NCBI GenBank assembly: GCA_002311645.1
Contig: DBYW01000011.1
Location: 10,739 to 74,738 of the forward strand
Origin: Bacteroidales bacterium UBA1176
GTDB lineage: Bacteria > Bacteroidota > Bacteroidia > Bacteroidales > WCHB1-69
Length of the DNA stretch: 64,000 bases
Direction: 5' to 3'
Shown here: in pieces, positions 63,701-64,000 of the stretch
How positions within the stretch are numbered: position 1 is the first letter of the stretch
How the letters are laid out: each line of letters begins with the position of its first letter
Position numbers and translations under genes: made by a program
The notes under the pieces: generated by a model
The model's input: only the letters and a program-made list of their open reading frames with translations
Told to the model about the DNA's origin: nothing
The model's database searches: none

Positions 63701-64000
63701 GGCAACAGCGGCAACATCGCCAAGGCATTGGCGGCCACAGACGGCTGGTACAGCTACGGCGGTACCTGCAAGGTGGGCGACACGCCTTCCGGTAACAACG
63801 CCACCGGTTTCGGAGCCATGCCCGCCGGCTTCTACAACAACGGTTGCGGCAGCTCCGGCGACTTCGCCTTCTTCTATGGTGCCACGCAATCCTCCGGCAG
63901 CAATGCGTTGTATTACTACCTGTCTGCTGACAACGCCAATGTCACTCGCGCCAGCAGCGCCAAGTCGCGCGGCTACTCCGTGCGCTGTCTCCTCGGCAGC
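54713..64000 (+). CDS. Giant multidomain surface protein (at least 3,096 aa, 3' end outside window): collagen-like/tail-fibre-like N-terminal region and five FISUMP domains interleaved with Fn3-like, Cys-repeat, CBM-like and CUB-like modules
   Basis: It is not in the supplied ORF track. By hand translation from ATG 54713 (MKRIYLLLILCLGVVSAVAQ|T), frame +2 stays open to the window edge; I spot-checked about 15 segments codon by codon. The N-terminal ~700 aa are paralogous to 51902-54574. FISUMP starts (PAGDAQPCPxxPTVTDYDGNxYNTVKIGxQCWMKENLRTTH) are at about 57371, 58388, 60491, 61455 and 63317. Confidence 0.85.
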   Translation, partial: MKRIYLLLILCLGVVSAVAQTPGQAPVRFTYQAVVRNADGVPYTTDYTVRISIWHNATTEPAGQRVYQEDHKIEDPGNPNVSVNGEITLTIGEGTNTFGSLESIDWGDGTYYLVSQYIDDAFDNDNVFASGSVQLLSVPYALFANRVGGVVPTSYQVVPAANGYTVSVTFSDGQVQTFALQNGNDGPQGPTGSTGPTGPQGAAGVSPTVTVNTTSSQDSVLIVVDSAGVQSTYSIRYGQRGPAGPAGQPYPFSPTVTVSTLGNNIIIIIPSSMPVSLTHGTDGPQGPQGPRGPRGVSGVSPSITFSPVVNGDTLVTITDTLGNHAFIVRAGAQGASGSPGAAGTTGASPIVSTQTVGDGILLTVNTAGVQQQYMISNGKSAYQAWLDAGHTGSETDFLSGLELQSLSLSGRNLSIHPGNSVVYLPDSLGTTQQGLSAYQAWLNAGHTGTEADYLQSLRGGDGTSGVTPVVTIEVLDSMRTRVTITSAAYPQGQSFVVRNGIDGSSFVQVQSDWNETSTGSPAYIQNKPTLSTVATTGNYNDLQNRPTLFDGNYNSLTNRPVIPTVPTNVSAFANNAGYISNNGCDTVNFCGLANLLQSLSDTLDVIESRIDTTIVPPTVHTNAVQVAGLTAHTGGEVLSDGGSPVTGTGVCWDTVPNPTLSHNHTIDVSWQGLFSSTLLGLSPATLYYVRAYATNAAGTGYGNEVTFTSGCPVFAIDIAGAGSICQGEAITLVASGAVNYVWNTGAQTASITVTPTNFGTTTYTVTATDADGCTATASKTVIVNPVFSQSVSVSVCDSELPYTWSGQTYTASGDYTRTFQTINGCDSVVTLHLTVNMSATTQISATALDSYTWNEQTYTASGDYVQHLQTVDGCDSAVTLHLTINHIPAGDAQPCPGTPTVTDYDGNVYNTVKIGQQCWMKENLRTTHYSDGTAINAGSSSSMNGSYWFKPNENASNVQTYGRLYSWAAVMHGASSSNANPSNIQGVCPTGWHVPSDAEWSQLTNYVKSQSLYQCNGSNSYIAKALAATENWNSHNGNCAVGNDLASNNITGFSALPAGKRTIVVFSDSYSEFGKEAVYWSATSNMLTTIIKTYVISYNSAAVATDSENRNSGLSVRCLRGNGVNIPVVTTDTVTNIGMATAMGGGNVVYDGDAAVTARGVCWNTTGTPALDDSNTVFTTDGSGTGAFTSSLTGLQQGTTYYVRAYATNSAGTAYGNEVSFTTLAIPAGDAQPCPNNPTVTDYDGNTYNTVKIGQQCWMKENLRTTHYEDGVEIPAGNSASYDVAYRYNPFGSSGSVATYGYLYNWPAVMHGDSSRFDTPSGVQGICPQGWHVPSVTEWTQLTDYVSSVPAYVCGEFFIGEIAKALASTTGWNSDSVYCSVGNEQSTNNTTGFNAMPVSLYYGQSGYGSYGLTACFWSSTELDSHFSITDSNLAIQFRLQTGDDVSLGSGNKFNGFSVRCVLGDGANLPAVTTSSVSNIGTTTATGGGNVTYDGNTTVTARGVCWNTTGTPTISDSHTTDGSGTGAFTSSITGLTPNTTYYVRAYATNSMGTVYGNEVVFTTGCPSFTVSISGDDQVCFPNSTVLRASGATSYVWSTGATVPNIGVVLAQTTTYTVTGTDAWGCTATATKTVIAFLPDNTTLHVSACDSYEWNGEIYTQSGDYTQTFQNVHGCDSVVTLHLTLLPAASITPAQVPTVFANTPVTLSASGANMLTWTDENGNVVGCGNTVTVTPVDTTVYTVTGHDEDANLVVNGDFEQGNTGFTSGYTYHTQNNGPGYGTYTIRDDAYNILGNNHHYGYGGSGLFMIVDGASTANVVVWSETVNVQPGSLYRFAMQAMMLSTANPTAHFKILVNGEQLGAVETMPNSDQWREIQRFWNSGSNTTATITIIDETNSGGNNDFGLDGIRFARMTSCDATASVPVEVLHIPAGDAQPCPNTPTVTDYDGNVYNTVKIGNQCWMKENLRTTHYADGEEVTSRFSPNNDENNVPVYGYLYNWSIMMHSAVSSSDNPSGVQGICPTGWHLPSNAEWDQLTSYVSNIPQYLCNDKIAKALVSTTGWSIHNGNCTPGNNQDLNNATGLSILPSGSSSSLGGVFSQQATFWSATIDIGHGGAWFRRFSYDNAYVSYGTGSVNIVFSVRCLLGDGANLPAVTTSAASNITANTADCGGNVTYDGNTTVTARGVCWNTTGTPTLSDSHTTDGTGTGAFTSTLTGLHENTTYYVRAYATNSMGTVYGEERVFTTESSISSGDAQPCPNNPTVTDYDGNVYNTVKIGNQCWMKENLRTTHFADGTDINYAGGATGSNNNLSNTDECYYTTAGDAATYGYVYNWLAAMHRANGSAANPSGLQGVCPNGWHLPSQAEWNQLFDYVRSVPAYGCNGNSNSINKALASDFGWQSTGSACTPGNDMSSNNSTGFNAMPAGGNGGFGQGFYVWSATPSSSTQAYCVDIYRNYAAPVTVSRDYNDTRTVRCVLGAGVNPPSVTTGQAKQTGNTSAYCGGEVTADNGAAVTERGICWSAYPNQNPTVGGPHAASGNGIGTFTADLTGLDLWDTVYFVRAYATNSAGTAYGDVIPLYLYPVVPKTGTETYDMYYNTVSVFDHGGPWTDYDDYCDGQLVITAPTANMILQISGDYNTEDCCDHLLIYDGNGTNVQLADLHGTGSIGTPILTTGNTVTLRFASDFSVTNPGFSLTVEAIQPVVPGSVIISGYDVVCDGGTTTLTATSDVSGTYTWSNGTTGSQITVGAGTYTVTVTSATGNSLSSYPFVVYGAQSATVSVLQSACESYTWNGSTYTQSGDYTKHLTTLMGCDSTVTLHLTLNQGTHNAYTEASNGSYTWHGQTYTESGVYTYAYTNDDGCPSVDTLHLTVNHIPAGDAQPCPNNPTVTDYDGNVYNTVKIGNQCWMKENLRTTHYADGAAIPAGTSGSTSDPYYYVYSGLDAALYGYLYNWPAVMHGAGSTNAIPSDVQGVCPTGWHLPSDAEWTQLLGYVSSMSVYQCDGNSGNIAKALAATDGWYSYGGTCKVGDTPSGNNATGFGAMPAGFYNNGCGSSGDFAFFYGATQSSGSNALYYYLSADNANVTRASSAKSRGYSVRCLLGS

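Noticed and set aside
55055-63889. Long minus-strand ORFs from the track (376, 215, 153, 172, 523 and 444 aa), plus many off-frame plus-strand ORFs.
   Set aside because: They lie antisense to, or out of frame with, the continuous +2 frame from 54713, which encodes coherent repeated domains. Their translations are Arg/Gly/Ala/Val-rich with no recognisable motifs. That is typical of shadow ORFs in GC-rich, codon-biased repetitive coding sequence.
51902-64000. A diversity-generating retroelement targeting the DUF1566/FISUMP (C-type-lectin-like) heads.
   Set aside because: The window has no reverse-transcriptase ORF. No template/variable repeat pair with adenine-specific mismatches is present. 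Differences among the FISUMP copies are spread over all base types. A DGR outside the window cannot be excluded.
51902-64000. A prophage or phage tail module, suggested by the tail-fibre-like SAYQ.WL..G..G.E.D(F/Y)L and ADW...NKP motifs and the collagen tracts.
   Set aside because: There is no terminase, portal, capsid, baseplate, tape-measure, integrase or lysis gene. The genes have signal peptides and lipoboxes and are embedded in a chromosomal operon.
1-64000. Mobile genetic elements, genomic-island boundaries, and tRNA or rRNA genes.
   Set aside because: I recognised no transposase, integrase or relaxase motifs and no tRNA-like T-arm (GGTTCGAATCC-type). There is no direct-repeat pair bracketing a region. 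The 39547-39680 palindrome is the only MITE-like candidate and is reported separately.

Overview
The window looks like a chromosomal segment of a Bacteroidota genome, probably Bacteroidales and Prevotellaceae-like. Four things support that placement: TAnnTTTG -7 promoter boxes 20-60 nt upstream of many starts, signal peptides ending ...A|Q, several T9SS C-terminal sorting domains, and BACON and FISUMP domains. I saw no rRNA, tRNA, CRISPR array, transposase, integrase or reverse transcriptase.

Layout:
- 1-23.3 kb: housekeeping and envelope genes. These are the rpoA 3' end, rplQ, a GH20 hexosaminidase, asd, an S41 peptidase, pepE, a small glycan-initiation cluster, an L,D-transpeptidase and an MBOAT/AlgJ-like pair.
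- 23.4-34.4 kb: four consecutive minus-strand T9SS cargo genes. Two are giant tandem paralogs with papain-like domains.
- 34.5-35.15 kb: a non-coding, hairpin-dense, GC-rich element closed by a perfect 13-bp long-range helix. It is flanked by odd low-complexity word repeats.
- 35.1-40.1 kb: MATE transporter, YqgE/AlgH, an Ig-like lipoprotein, a GNAT, a nested palindromic element and a small HTH protein.
- 40.2 kb to the window edge: an unbroken array of 10 co-directional, tightly spaced plus-strand genes. It starts with a five-gene signalling module: three FHA-domain proteins, two Hanks-type Ser/Thr kinases, one PP2C phosphatase, and an FHA-TM-trypsin-like protease fusion. It continues into two paralogous BACON-like membrane proteins, a FISUMP lipoprotein, and two collagen-like/tail-fibre-like surface proteins.

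The last of these genes is an open reading frame of at least 3,096 codons (54713 to the window edge). It is absent from the supplied ORF track. This 24-kb array is my best candidate for an undescribed system. All protein-family calls rest on motifs I recognised by eye; no database search was run.
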